Of a stretch of 64,000 nt of DNA, positions 48,685-60,403 are shown in pieces. The DNA lies in assembly GCA_964057225.1 (NCBI GenBank), contig OZ059895.1, positions 15,686,001 to 15,750,000 of the forward strand. The letters run 5' to 3'. Made by a program: the position numbers and the translations under genes. The stretch comes from Auanema rhodensis. Taxonomy: Eukaryota; Animalia; Nematoda. The notes below the pieces were generated by a model. The model worked only from the letters and a program-made list of their open reading frames with translations. It did not search any database and was not told where the DNA came from. Position 1 is the first letter of the stretch. Every line of letters starts with the position of its first letter.

Positions 48685-49574
48685 CTATTCATAGTCTAGT
48701 TTTGAGTCATTTTGCTGCTTTAGAAGAAATCTGCCAACGAAAAAAACGTACCGCAGTCGATCACTATATCTCTTGATGATATCGTTACTATAGCGATTTC
48801 GTCGATCTCGGCTATCCATTGACCACATCCGTATAAGGCGCTGACTAGTATTTCCGAGATCAGCATATGCTCGGCATCCTGCTTGAGACAAAACTCCAGA
48901 AAGAGAACAAATTTTTTCCTAAACGATTATCTTGTGGGAAGTTGGTTGTAAGATCTGAGCATACGTCTAAGCATTGGCACGACTTGATTGTTCTGTCTCC
49001 TTTAATAGATTGATCATGGAATCTGTAAGCATGGTTAGCATGAAAATCACTAATTCTATAAAGATGTTGCCTGATATATCGAGATTCGCATGGTCCCCCA
49101 CAAGCTTGTGGATCGCAATCTCCAGGCAAAGTTCCCCTACAATTTTGTTCCGAGAGCCTGCAAGTGCATATGTATTTGAAATTTCTGTGGTATTATGTGA
49201 CATACACACAAGCGTCTTCCCCACATTTTGAAAAAATAAAATAAAATAAAAACTTTTAGCTGAAACCTTCAAAGAATCAAATAAAAACAAGTGGCTTTCG
49301 ATAAAAATCAAAATCAGATCTGACGATCGCACAATATGAGCATTTTCTCTGGATACAACATGAGAAACTCATGTTGCTGCAGATTTGATCACATAGAATT
49401 TAAAACAAAATTCACAGTCCCAGCTGTTTGGTGCAATAGATCTACACTAGGAATAGAGCAAAAAAGTATAGTTTGTTTAAGCATAATACTAAGAATTTAG
49501 ACTTACGCGGCAGAAATTAATCCAGTAAAGTTTGAAATCAGTAGAAACAGTATAGTTGATGCCACTGACGTCAT
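48685..49574 (-). CDS. Small secreted cysteine-rich protein (8 Cys), unknown function
   Basis: Exon 1 (signal peptide MTSVASTILFLLISNFTGLISA) splices in phase to LSEQNCRGTLPGDCDPQACGGPC...KSCQCLDEKICSLSGVLSQAGCRAY...DYE*. Confidence 0.72.
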
Positions 49575-50667
49575 AACTAACTGAGAGTCAGACAATGAAA
49601 CATGGACCAACCGAATTGTTTGAGTATTAGCAGATTTTTTGAAGACTTGAGACAAAAGGATATGAAAAGATGGAAACGGAGAATAGAAATAAAGAGGCGG
49701 GGAAAGCTGGATGTGGCCTGACGATCAGCAGAGAAACGGCAGATAGGAGAGAAGATGAGGATGAGTGAAATAAGTTCTGGCTGATGAAGAAGAAAGAAAT
49801 CGTATATAATAGAATAGAGTAAGGATGAGAGATAAAGCAGCAAGGGAAAAGATGAATATCATAGGGTCGACAAGACAATTGAGGCTTTCACCAGTTCATA
49901 AAAAAGATAGCAAGCCAATTGGTGTAGTATCATAGCAGTTGGCAGATTAGCTTACAATGAATAACTCTTTTTGTTTAATTTTTTATAATTACCTATCAAA
50001 TACAACAGAAGGCTTGAGAGAAATGGATGAAAAATTTCATATTTGATGCCAATAAAAATTGATGTCGATTACATGAAGTCAGTGGGCAGCAATATCAAAA
50101 ATTCCTAATAACAAGCTGTATGTTTAAATTTCAAATGCGGTAATTGAAAGGAAAAAGAAAAAAATTAGTTATGATGAATGCTCAGACGATGACATATGCC
50201 TGATGTAAGAGTAACTAGCTATATCTTTATTTTGGATTCCGATTCAGATGAATTGGATAATCTGTACGTCAGAAGTCAGAAGTCATCAATCAGAAGTCAG
50301 AAGTCAGCAGAAGAAGAAGAAACGTAGATGAAGGCAAAAATAGTTTGAAGATTTCAAACCTTAACATTTGAAAATACATTCGATCCAGCTAAGCTATGAC
50401 AGATCAATTGCACAAGTAATACTATATAATTCTTAATTCTCAATGTATTATATTATATAATATAAATTAATGGAGATCATTTTTCCTTTGCAACTCAAGA
50501 TTCGACAGAGTTCGAGGCATATGCAACCGAAATTCCATGTGAAACAGTAAAAAATGATATATGGAAAGAATGTGGAGAATGGAAACCCCTCAAAGATAAA
50601 CTTAAACGTGCCTGCATTAAACATTGGTTCAGATCATTAGGCAGAGTTATCACGAACCTTTTGAACT

Positions 50668-51552
50668 AATTTCAAAATGATAAATCAAGAATTTTTGCAC
50701 CTAATTAGATGCTTTTCCAAAAAATAAACGAAGCACAGGGAGCGCCCCCCACGGGAAAGGAAAAACCCCGGGGCTTAGCAACCTACACCCAACTGAGGGC
50801 GATCCCTGGGCTTCCCCATAATATACTCATATATAGGGAAAGTTAAAGATATTTAGAGTGAAACTTGATCATATATTGGTTTCCCGTATTACATACAGGG
50901 GCTATTAACCGTATAATCTTGAGTCAATTTCATAATGATGAAACGAAAGTTTTACAATAAGTTTTCAAAATGATAAATCGAGAATTGTTGCACCTAATTA
51001 GATGCTTTTCCAAAAATTTAAACATATTTCCCCGGTGGGGTGAGGTTCCGGGCTTGGAAGTCTTCGGTCCTAGGAACTCCGAAGAATCCCGAGGGCCAGA
51101 ACCTCACCCCAACGAGAAGTGCTAACCAGCTCTTCTCCAACTGCCAAAGACAGTCCCCCTCAATCTTAACAAACCTAATGAAACTTGATCATATATTGGT
51201 TTCCCGTATTACATACAGGGGTCCATAAACCGTATAATCTTGAGTCAATTTCATAATAATGAAACGAAAGTTTTACAATAAGTTTTCAAATGATAAATCA
51301 AGAATTGTTGCACCTAATTAGATGCTTTTCCAAAAAATAAACGAAGCACAGGGAGTGCTACCCATCGAAAAAAGCAAAAACCCCGGGGCTTAGCAACCTA
51401 TACCCAATGAAGGGCGATCCCCGGGCTTCCCCATAATATACTCATATATAGGGAAAAGTTAAAGATATTTAGAGTGAAACTTGATCATTTATTGGTTTCC
51501 CGTATTACATACAGAGGTCCATAAAACATATAATCTTGATAAGTTTTCAAAA
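50668..51552 (+). repeat. Three imperfect ~290-320 bp tandem units next to the Merlin transposase
   Basis: ttttcaaaatgataaatc(a/g)agaatt.ttgcacctaattagatgcttttccaaaa recurs at ~50670, 50962 and 51282. Units 1 and 3 share their middle; unit 2 has a different middle. Confidence 0.9.
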
Positions 51553-51876
51553 ACGAGCAATGATATAAACTTTGGAGCTTGCCACCACCCATTTTCATGT
51601 GTTCCCTGGGCTATTTCCGACGGTAGCGGAATTTTTAGAAAATTTAGGATTAATTACCCGTACCACTACCGACTGCGCTATAACCGTCACCTTTAGGTGA
51701 CTAGAGGTATGCTATATGCAAATGATGTTGCGCTTCCACGTGCACGATAATGTAAAAACGGCGTCTTTTCACTTCATTTGGATTCAAAATAAATCTGCAC
51801 GCAGTAGAAAAATTTTAAAAAATGCCGTTAGTTTAAAATATTGTCATTAATTCGAAAAATTAAATAATTTTAAGAA

Positions 51877-52815
51877 TGAATCTTATGGAAGTGATTAAAA
51901 TTGCCTCAACTGAGGGAAATTTGCCTCAACTGAGGGATTCATAGAATTTTTGCAAAGGTATAACATTTTGCCAAAAGAAAAAATGTGCTGCGAAAATATG
52001 ATGAAAAAATGTGCTGCGAAAATATGATGATGAGTGGAAGAGCTCGATTTCGCTGTAGAAGATGTAAAAAAGAAAAATCTCTGAAATCTTCAACATTTTT
52101 AGAAGGTTATTGATATAAAAAGGTATATTATAACAAAAAAAATTAATTTAGGAAGTAAACTCTAATACAGCACAATTATAATGTTCATCTATGTTTGGGC
52201 AAAAATTTTTCTCAAATGGAAGTTTGCCCATGAAGAACTCGGTATTGGTTCCATGCCGACCTTTGTTGATTGGACCAACTATTTGAGAGAAACGTGCACT
52301 TTTAAGCTTCTGATGAACAAGGAAAAAATTGGAGGACCCGGAAAAACTGTAGAGATTGATGAAACTTTAGTTAGGAAGTATAATACGGGTAGGGTAATTA
52401 ACCAAATTTGGGTTTTTGGGGGCATATGTAGGGAAACTAGGGAATGCTCTTTATAGAAGCGCAGCGCTTTTAGAAAACTATAAAGGAGGCTATTCATGAG
52501 GGAACCACTATTATTTCGGATTGTTGGAGGGGTTATATAGGTATTAGTAAGATGGGTTTGGGGTACAAGCATCTAACCGTCAATCATTCGACAAATTTTG
52601 TCGATCCTGACACTGGTGCTTGTACAAATATGGTAGAGGGGTTAAGGTCTCAGGCCAAGCGCAAACTTAAAGCTATGAATGGGGTACCTGAGCATTTTAT
52701 TGAATCTTATTTATGTGAATTTGTTTATAGACAAAAGAATAAGAATAATGATATTTTCGATTGTATTTCAAAAGATATTGCTTTTTTTGCTGAAAATAAC
52801 TTTGAATTAGAATAA
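51877..52815 (+). mobile_element. Decayed Merlin (IS1595/ISXO2-like) DDE transposase
   Basis: KIGGPGKTVEIDET...RKYNTGR...WVFGGICRETRE; TTIISDCWRGY; HLTVNHSTNFVDPDTGACTNMVEG; YLCEF; N-terminal Cys motifs. Disrupted by stops, frameshifts and two small tandem duplications (~51898-51937, ~51978-52030). TIRs not resolved. Confidence 0.9.
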
Positions 52816-53035
52816 ATATAATTATATTCAAAATCGATGTTCATATTTTGATATTTAAGTATGCTTCTATAGATCTGGGGGGGGGGGGATTCTTTCTGAT
52901 AAAATCTAAACTTTTTCGTCTCATCTTCTTATTATTATTCAGAAAACTTTAATTACTCTGTTAAAATTTTGAGCCAGTGCATTAGCATAAGCATGCGGCA
53001 CAGAGGAGGGTGGCGGCAACTACTAAACAACCGCC

Positions 53036-53139
53036 TAAGATTTAATAAAATGCTCAGGTCATAGCCTTAAGTTTGCGCTTGGTCTAAGACCATAACCCCT
53101 CTACCATATTTGTACAAGCACCAGTGTCAGGATCAACAA
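53036..53139 (-). repeat. Inverted duplicate of the transposase 3' segment (52598-52709)
   Basis: Reverse complement reads VDPDTGACTNMVEGLWS, matching the main copy apart from an ~8-bp deletion and a few substitutions. Confidence 0.9.
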
Positions 53140-53234
53140 GATAGAATGTGGAGAATGGAAACCACTCAACGATAAACGTAAACGTGCCTGCATTTAACAT
53201 TGGTTCAGATAAGTTAAACATTAGTTCAGATACA

Positions 53235-53335
53235 TTAAACATTAGTTCAGATAAGATAAGATTGTGGTATGTAACCCTGTATGTAATACGGGGGTACATA
53301 AACCGTAATCTTATCTTATCTGAACTAATGTTTAA
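53235..53335. repeat. 101-bp palindrome with perfect 29-bp outer arms
   Basis: 53235-53263 is the exact reverse complement of 53307-53335; the inner stem is imperfect. Preceded by a 21-bp tandem repeat (3 copies from ~53193). Confidence 0.95.
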
Positions 53336-53385
53336 AGTTAGAGAGCGCTTATAACATTTTGGGCACACACCAGCTTTGCATAAAC

Positions 53386-53732
53386 TAGCGGGAGTGCTCT
53401 ATCTCAGATCCGGGGGGACTGAGGTAGAGCACTCCCGCTATGAGACTCTGTATTTTCGGGTAAAAAACGCAGGCGCTCTAATGTTAACTCTCTGATTATT
53501 ATTATTAGGGGGGGGGAGTCGACAAGAGACAAGAGGAGCTGACACGCCCTTTATATGGAACTCAGACTTTAGTTCTGTCTCATGGAGTGACTAAGGATGG
53601 CATCTCCTCAGAGCTCACCTATAGTTTATATCTCTTTATTTCTTATCGTAACTTCTTGTAACCATTACGTAGAATAAACCTTTCTTTTCATGACTCTTAT
53701 GTTATCCATTATGCTCTATTAATACCGCTACA
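53386..53732 (+). mobile_element. Probable solo LTR (5' TG missing)
   Basis: Ends in CCGCTACA and begins tagcgg, the inverse of that end minus the TG. Contains a TATA-like tttatatgg and AATAAA at 53673; length ~350 bp. Confidence 0.5.
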
Positions 53733-54089
53733 TATGGAACACTAAATATGCACATCTTATAGACTACATTGGTCTATAGGATAGATGCGAGAGCATAATG
53801 GAACGGTCTTCAGTATCTAATTAGCATATGTAAAAACACTAACTATCCATACATTGTCATTTCGTAATGGAAGATTCTTTAAACACTTTCGAATTTATTT
53901 TTTTATCCTACTTAGTAACTATGGCAATGTAAAAACTGGATTTAATAACTTACAGCATTTGCTATTACATCGACCAAATATGTTATTTTATCATTTTGAC
54001 GTTACTATATTTGAATTTATTAAACTTTGTGTTTGAATGGAAACAAATTGAATTATATTCAACTCTAAGATTTAGGTTCATATCATACT

Positions 54090-55513
54090 ATGGCAATTAA
54101 TCCATCCTTCTACTGTTCGCGAAAAATTCCAAATAGAAAATTACAGCTGGTAACTTTATGTAATACTATTGAAAAAAAGATTATAGAAATAAAACAAAAG
54201 TAATTGTTTGAAGGTCTTCTTGTTATTTCTATTTTTGGAATTTACAAAAACTCCATTGTCAACCACAGCGTTCATACAGCAAGTGCTAGCAAATTGCAAA
54301 AAGATAGAATACATGATAATCTACTTTTGAAACGTATTTTATCAACTGATGCTTCAAGGTACACAAATATACATACTTGATTTCTCGATAACATTCTATT
54401 ATAGATTGAATCAAACATCTATAAAAATAAGAAATGATACCGAAATTATTTTCATTGTAGTTTCAGCGGTCGATGAATTTGCTGTTAGATCTGACATACG
54501 ATCAACATGGGCTCACCCAAATTCGTCACTCCTAATTAATGTAAGTTGCTTTCAATGAGAAAATACTACAGAAAACATATTGCTCATTAAGAAAGGAAGA
54601 GGTTGTGTTATTTTTGGTCTTGGATTGAATGAAAAGTATAGAGACCGTGTTCAAGAAGAATACGAAAAAAATCAAGATGTTCTTGTGGTGGATGTCACAG
54701 ACACGTATAAAAACTTAGTGTATAAGGTAAATAGTGAATATTGAGAAATTCAACTAGCAGGTAGTGCAATCAATTGAAGTGTTTCAGTTATTAGCCATTT
54801 ATAAATGGATAAATTCTACGTTTCCTAACGCGGCAATTGTTAAAATTGACAGCGACGTGATAGCTCAACCGGATCAAGTGTTTTATATTTCCAAATAATG
54901 TTTTTAAGTATCTGATTTCAACAGATTTCCAATTTAATTCTATCGAGACCTTTCTACGAACCCAAGATATTGTGTACAGTACATTATGGGGTCGTATCCA
55001 ACAGGAATATAAATGACAAATGGTTTGCCGTTGAGCTTAAGATTGGTCTACTATTTAGAGTTTCAGGTATATTTCTGATGAAAGTTACCAACCTGATGTC
55101 TTGCCTGAATATTGTAGTGGTCCATTGTATATTCTTTTTCCATTCACAGTGGAGAAACTTTTTAAAAAAATTCCGAGCACAACAGTGGGCGAATAAAAAG
55201 ATTTTTGTTCATATATTTTTAAGATATGCGAAGTAGAAGATGCTTATATTACTGGAATACTTGCACAAGAGGCTAATGTTACCAGAGTGGATATTACGAA
55301 TTTTTTAGTTCAAGAGGTACCTCTTTACCTCATATATACAAAATCGTCTTATTGTTGCAGTTAACGGAATGGAATTGTGAGCCGAAACCAGCAGGTTTTT
55401 TGCTCCATACGACTAAAATTAAGAACGTTCGAACCCTATATCCCATTTTACCAGGAACAAAATGCTTAAGTAATTGGAAAATTATCCGGAAATTTTTAAA
55501 TCTTTTTCAGTGA
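54090..55513 (+). CDS. GT31-family beta-1,3-galactosyltransferase-like type II membrane protein
   Basis: N-terminal TM; IVVSAVDEFAVRSDIRSTWA; EEYEKNQDVLVVDVTDTYKNLVYK; KIDSDV (DxD); YCSGPLYIL; VEDAYITGILA. The 3' end is approximate. Confidence 0.88.
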
Positions 55514-55641
55514 GTTCACAATCGATAAAATGTGCTTAAAATAAGTAAATTAAAGATTAATATATGCAAACAACTTTTTAAAATTTTTTAAAACTACATT
55601 GAAAAATACAAATCCGAAATTAATCTAATTCATAATTACTT

Positions 55642-57965
55642 TCATTTCAACCAGCTTCTCAATGTATCATATATTTGGACTCTTGCTGAAGTAAGACTGG
55701 GCAGGTCTGTACTAGAAGGAGAATACATATCGGCGCAGTGGGAAGTTCCTACAAATGAATGGAGATATATTTTATGTCGTAATCTAGTACCTGTAATAAC
55801 AACGGGAACAATTCCGGATTGGTTAGCAGCATCAAGTTTTCCGAGAGCATGCCATGGGTCATAACTGCCATTAGGAAGAATGATGCCAGTTGTCTAAGAC
55901 GTAAATTTAATCCTAGAAAAAAAAATTCTCTTACATTCATTTGAGTGCCTCCATAGTACATATTAGTTCCCCCAACTCCGTAAGCAATGCTATTTTGGGT
56001 GAAGTTGCCTCCATAAATATCAGCACATTGTTGAACATAGAAACTGAAGAAAAATAATAAATCATTGAAAACACGAACTTAAACCTACTCAATGCCAACA
56101 TTGCCTTGTCCTCCCCAGAATGGTCCAGCGGTAGTGGAGTCAGTTGTCTGATAGTATCCGAATTCAGTGCAAGTTTGGTAAACCCAGGCACGAGCTATGG
56201 CAAAAACATATTAATTCGAACATTCATTCTATCATACCATCAGCACTGTCGGAGTCAAAATCAGTATTTTGGTAGAATTGAATCATACTATTATAATCAA
56301 TGGAACTGCAGCCAAATTGGCCTTGTATGTCGTTGAAATAGTTGTTTACCTAAAGGGGAAGTTATAGAATGTTAAACGATTACATTAGAAGTAACTCTTT
56401 TCAGCTTAGACAAAGAAGAAAGAGTATTGTCGTTGTGGAAACGGCAGATAGCATGATCGATTGTTAAAGAGTTCTTGAAGAGACCCTGAAAATACATAAT
56501 GAAGTTAAAGATATGAAAACGATTATAGAATCCTTACAGCATTATCTCCACTGTACTGAACAGTTTCCATGTAAGGTCCAAATACAGTTGACCAGAAATT
56601 TTGAATTTGTTTTTTGTCGTTGATATCTAATTTCTCGCAAATACTACAAGAAAATATTTACAAAAAAGTTGAAAAAAACCAATACGTACCCGAATGTACT
56701 TTGAAGAGTGGTTCGGCCTGAAGCAGCGGTAAGGAGTGAGGCAACTTGTTTCATAGCGCTAGCGATAGATGAAGCGCAGGAAGCACTGGTGGATTTAATG
56801 GAAGCTTGAACGACCTCCATATATTCTGAAAAATTCAAAATTAGTTCAGGAAAGTATATATCAATTTACGAGTAAAATCAAGCTCAGCGGTAACAGGACC
56901 ACTGCTGCCAACGGCGAAAGAAACGAGCTCTGGGTGTTTGATTCTCATCCAAGCAGCCAGATTTCCTAAACCAAATCTTTTCATGAGCAATGAGATTGAA
57001 TAGAATACCGGAGTAAGATCCTCCGAAAGTGACCCACTTGGCTTTAGCAAACTCGGGTCGTTTGGCTTGTAATCCCTAAAAAGAAAAATGGTCGCAATTG
57101 AATGAATTGAATAATGATACCCTGATCAGGTTAGCATAATCTTCAATAGCCTGAGCAGAACTCAAATAGAGAAGATTTTCGGTAGACATATCCCTGGAAA
57201 AAGAAAATTATGAAAATAATAATTCTTGCAGCTTACGGAGTAGGTCTACTTTGTCCATAATACCGATGCTCTGCGCTCACGAGAAAAGCTCCTTGTTCCT
57301 TGGCAAAAGATACCCATGGAAGAGAAGCTATAATCCAAATTTAATAACTATTTTCTGATAATTTGAGACTTACAATCAGTAACCCAATAGGAACTTTCAG
57401 CAGATTCTCCTCCAAGCATGAAAAAAACAGGTCCTCCTGGTTTATAAAAATCTTCAGAAGTCCAATATCTCTGTAAATTAAAATTTAGATAGAAGATTTT
57501 AATGTCTAAGTTTAACCAGTAGTCATTCCTATTCATATTCGTTCTATCTTTGAGTTGTAAAAGAACATTACCTGCTTATATGTTCCACGTGATTTGTTCA
57601 GATGATCAATGTAGTTATCAAAAGTTGCGGCAACATAGTTTTGTTGGGGAACGAATTCAGATTCCTAAAAATAAACTCTAAATCCACGTTTTAGAATATT
57701 TGGATAGTTTTTATCAAAAGACGCAAAGTACATGAGTACGATAGCAGGTAATAGGGAGTCAACTTCATGAAGATACCTGTGGTTTAAGAACGAGTCCATG
57801 AGAGAATCTGCCACCAATCATAGGACGGCGTTTGTTCACCTTTTGAACAGGAGTAGCATGAGCCAGCAGGGCCAAGCCTGAAAATTTATCCAATATATTA
57901 TTCAATCTCTAGCAAACTGTATGAAACATACCCAGAAGAACTAAAACAGTCCGAGAAGCTAACAT
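55642..57965 (-). CDS. Serine carboxypeptidase family S28 (prolylcarboxypeptidase/PRSS16-like), copy A
   Basis: Signal peptide; GGPVFFMLGGE; AEHRYYGQS; LSSAQAIEDYA; TFGGSYSGNLAAW (Ser); NGSYDPWHAL (Asp); GTSHCADMY (His). Confidence 0.93.
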
Positions 57966-58520
57966 TGTCAATGACTGTAAAGAAAGCTTTATCTTGAAGC
58001 ATTTATATAGAAGATGGGAGTGGTAATTCTTATCTAAATTTTCAATTCAATACAGTCTGTATTAACTAATTAAATATATAATAAAGATAAAAAATCGTTG
58101 AATGATTCGAAACGTTCGACTACACAGAACGATCAAAAATCAGCTGCTGTAACTTTGACTTTTGATACGTCACGTTTTGATAAAATGACGTGATTATCTC
58201 AAGTTATCAGAGATAGGTATGCAAATTTTTCCCGTAAGTTCATTAGAGCGCGTTTCATATTTTCATTTTTAAGCTCTCAAATGAGTTAACCGGCTGTATC
58301 CACCAGGAGAAAATTCTCATTTCACCTTTAATCGGGTCATTTTCGTTCAAAAAGATCATATTCAACCCATGAGAACTAAGGTTATATTGGAATAGCTCAT
58401 GTTTAATTTAATTTTTCCGTTGCCTATATTTGAACAATTATTACTCAACATATAGGATATGTTTGTTTCAATGACTTCATCATTTCTGCTATGTTGATAG
58501 ATCAATTAAAACTTTTAAAC

Positions 58521-60403
58521 ATGAAACATTCGATATCAGTCACTAAACTATCTTTGATATTTCTTAATTTTATGATACAAGGTGAGATTTCCATTTTTTA
58601 TGAGCAATGAATATTTTAAAACTTTTTTTGCAGTTGCTTATTCAAGGAAAAATTTTGAAAACGATCTTATTAAAGTTCTTTTGACTGACTATGATTCAAC
58701 TATTCGTCCAGTAATGAATGAGAAAGACTATATTAATATTACAATAAGCATGAACAGCTTCAGTCTTCTGAGTGTGGTACATGATTACGATTTGTCAATT
58801 AAAGTGCATGATATTTCAGGATCAAGCGGCGGAGACAATTGTTTTTTCGGCTGAATTCATATTAGAATGGAGTGATGCTTTTTTAAGATGGGATAGAGCA
58901 AAGTACAATAACCTTACATGGCTCAAATTAAAAGAAGTACAAATTTGGCGTCCAGATGTAACTGTTTCTACTAGGTATCTCTTCGTACATAAAATATCTC
59001 GGTTAATTAACTGAGATATTTCAGTATCAATAAAATAAGTTTACTCGACGAAAAAGAAAATTATCTGGATGTGAGGTATGATGGATTAATACGTCAAAGT
59101 AGTTATGCTGTTCATACAAACCTTTGTAACATGCAGGTAAAGATACATTCGAAACATTACATATATTCAATACCCCCTCGTAGGTAACACGTTTTCCTTA
59201 TGATTCTCAAGTTTGCCGAATTCTTATTGGTCCGTGGTCTTATACAACAGATGAAGTACTGTGCCGTACAGGTCCTGACCTTATAAATGAAGAATCATTT
59301 TCTGTAAGAGTTATGAAACTTCTATTCGATTTTTCAGTTTTTATCATTTTAAGGGTAACTCTGAATGGGATTTCGTAGGCTTAAACAATAGCATACGTTG
59401 GAGTGTAGATCCCGATGTTGCATTTGAGTATACTGAAGTACAATTCACAGTTCGTTGATGTTTTTATTTTATTTTCAACTCTAAATGAATATGTTAGTTA
59501 ATTGTCAAGAGGCGACCATTATTTTATGTATGGGTTCTTCTGATTCCAACCTTTATTATTACAACAACATGCTTATGTGGCTTATTCAGTCCCAGTAACA
59601 ATGTAGGTGATAGAGAAGAAAAGGTGAACTTCGTTCTTTTTTGTTTAAATCGAAGACAGTTCTGTATAGGTAAACATTGGATTATCTACATTATTATCTT
59701 CAACTGTCATATTACAAATTATTGCTACTTCTATGCCAAAGACTTCGGTGCTGCCGTTGTTAGGTGAGTGGATGAACATTCCCTTGTTTATTGAAATTGT
59801 GTTGCAGGAAATTTCATTTTGGCCGAGATTTTTGTTGTGTCTATCGGAGTATTTTTTGCTGTTTTTGTATTATTCCTACACAACAAAGCACATACACGGT
59901 CTTGGTTTTATAATTTTTGAAATTAATCTGTAATTTCAGCGGTTGGAATCCTCCGAATTGGATTTTGACAGTTTTAAGATTATCGGTTGGTATTGTTGTA
60001 GTGATAGAGTACTTATATTTTTGTGCCCCAGGGATCCCGGAAATTTCTAATGAACAAAGGAAACACTATGAAAGAATGTAAGATGAACACCGAGGACCAG
60101 ATTTTAAGCTTCACAGGAGAGAGGTAATAAAAAGATGTACCCCATTATTATAATTACCATGATTGCTTCGTTTAAGCAGTGAATTTTTCACAGAATTTAA
60201 TTCAACTTTGAATAACTTAACTAAGTTTATTCAAGGGGAACGAAGAAATAGGTGATAAACACTTGATGTTTATGTTGTTATTATTCATCTATTTCAGAGT
60301 GCGTGAGTTGACATGGAGGAAACTTTTTGATCGCTTGGACATGTTGCTTTTAATTATTTTCCAAACAACTAATGCTATTGTCACATTTTTAATTTGTAAA
60401 TGA
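58521..60403 (+). CDS. Orphan non-alpha cation-type Cys-loop ligand-gated ion channel subunit
   Basis: YDSTIRPV; WSDAFLRWD; IWRPDV; Cys loop CNMQVTRFPYDSQVC; GPWSY; no vicinal CC in loop C; REEKVNIGLSTLLS...MPKTSVLPLLG; M4 FDRLD. The frame is intact after splicing. Confidence 0.88.

Noticed and set aside
49205-49450. Cys-containing frames (CCIQRKCSYC, CGEDAC) in intron 1 of the Cys-rich gene as extra exons
   Set aside because: No phase-compatible acceptor/donor pair without stops; exon 1 splices cleanly past them.
50668-51552. Repeat-spacer pattern as a CRISPR-like array
   Set aside because: Eukaryotic context, units of ~300 bp, only three copies and no cas genes; better explained as transposon-associated tandem repeats.
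52181-52815. IS1595-like transposase as bacterial contamination or horizontal transfer
   Set aside because: Merlin elements are established eukaryotic relatives of IS1595, and this copy is decayed and embedded among intron-rich nematode genes.
53915-53928. X-box-like GTAACTATGGCAAT upstream of the galactosyltransferase
   Set aside because: Mismatch at the conserved terminal C and no other ciliary evidence.
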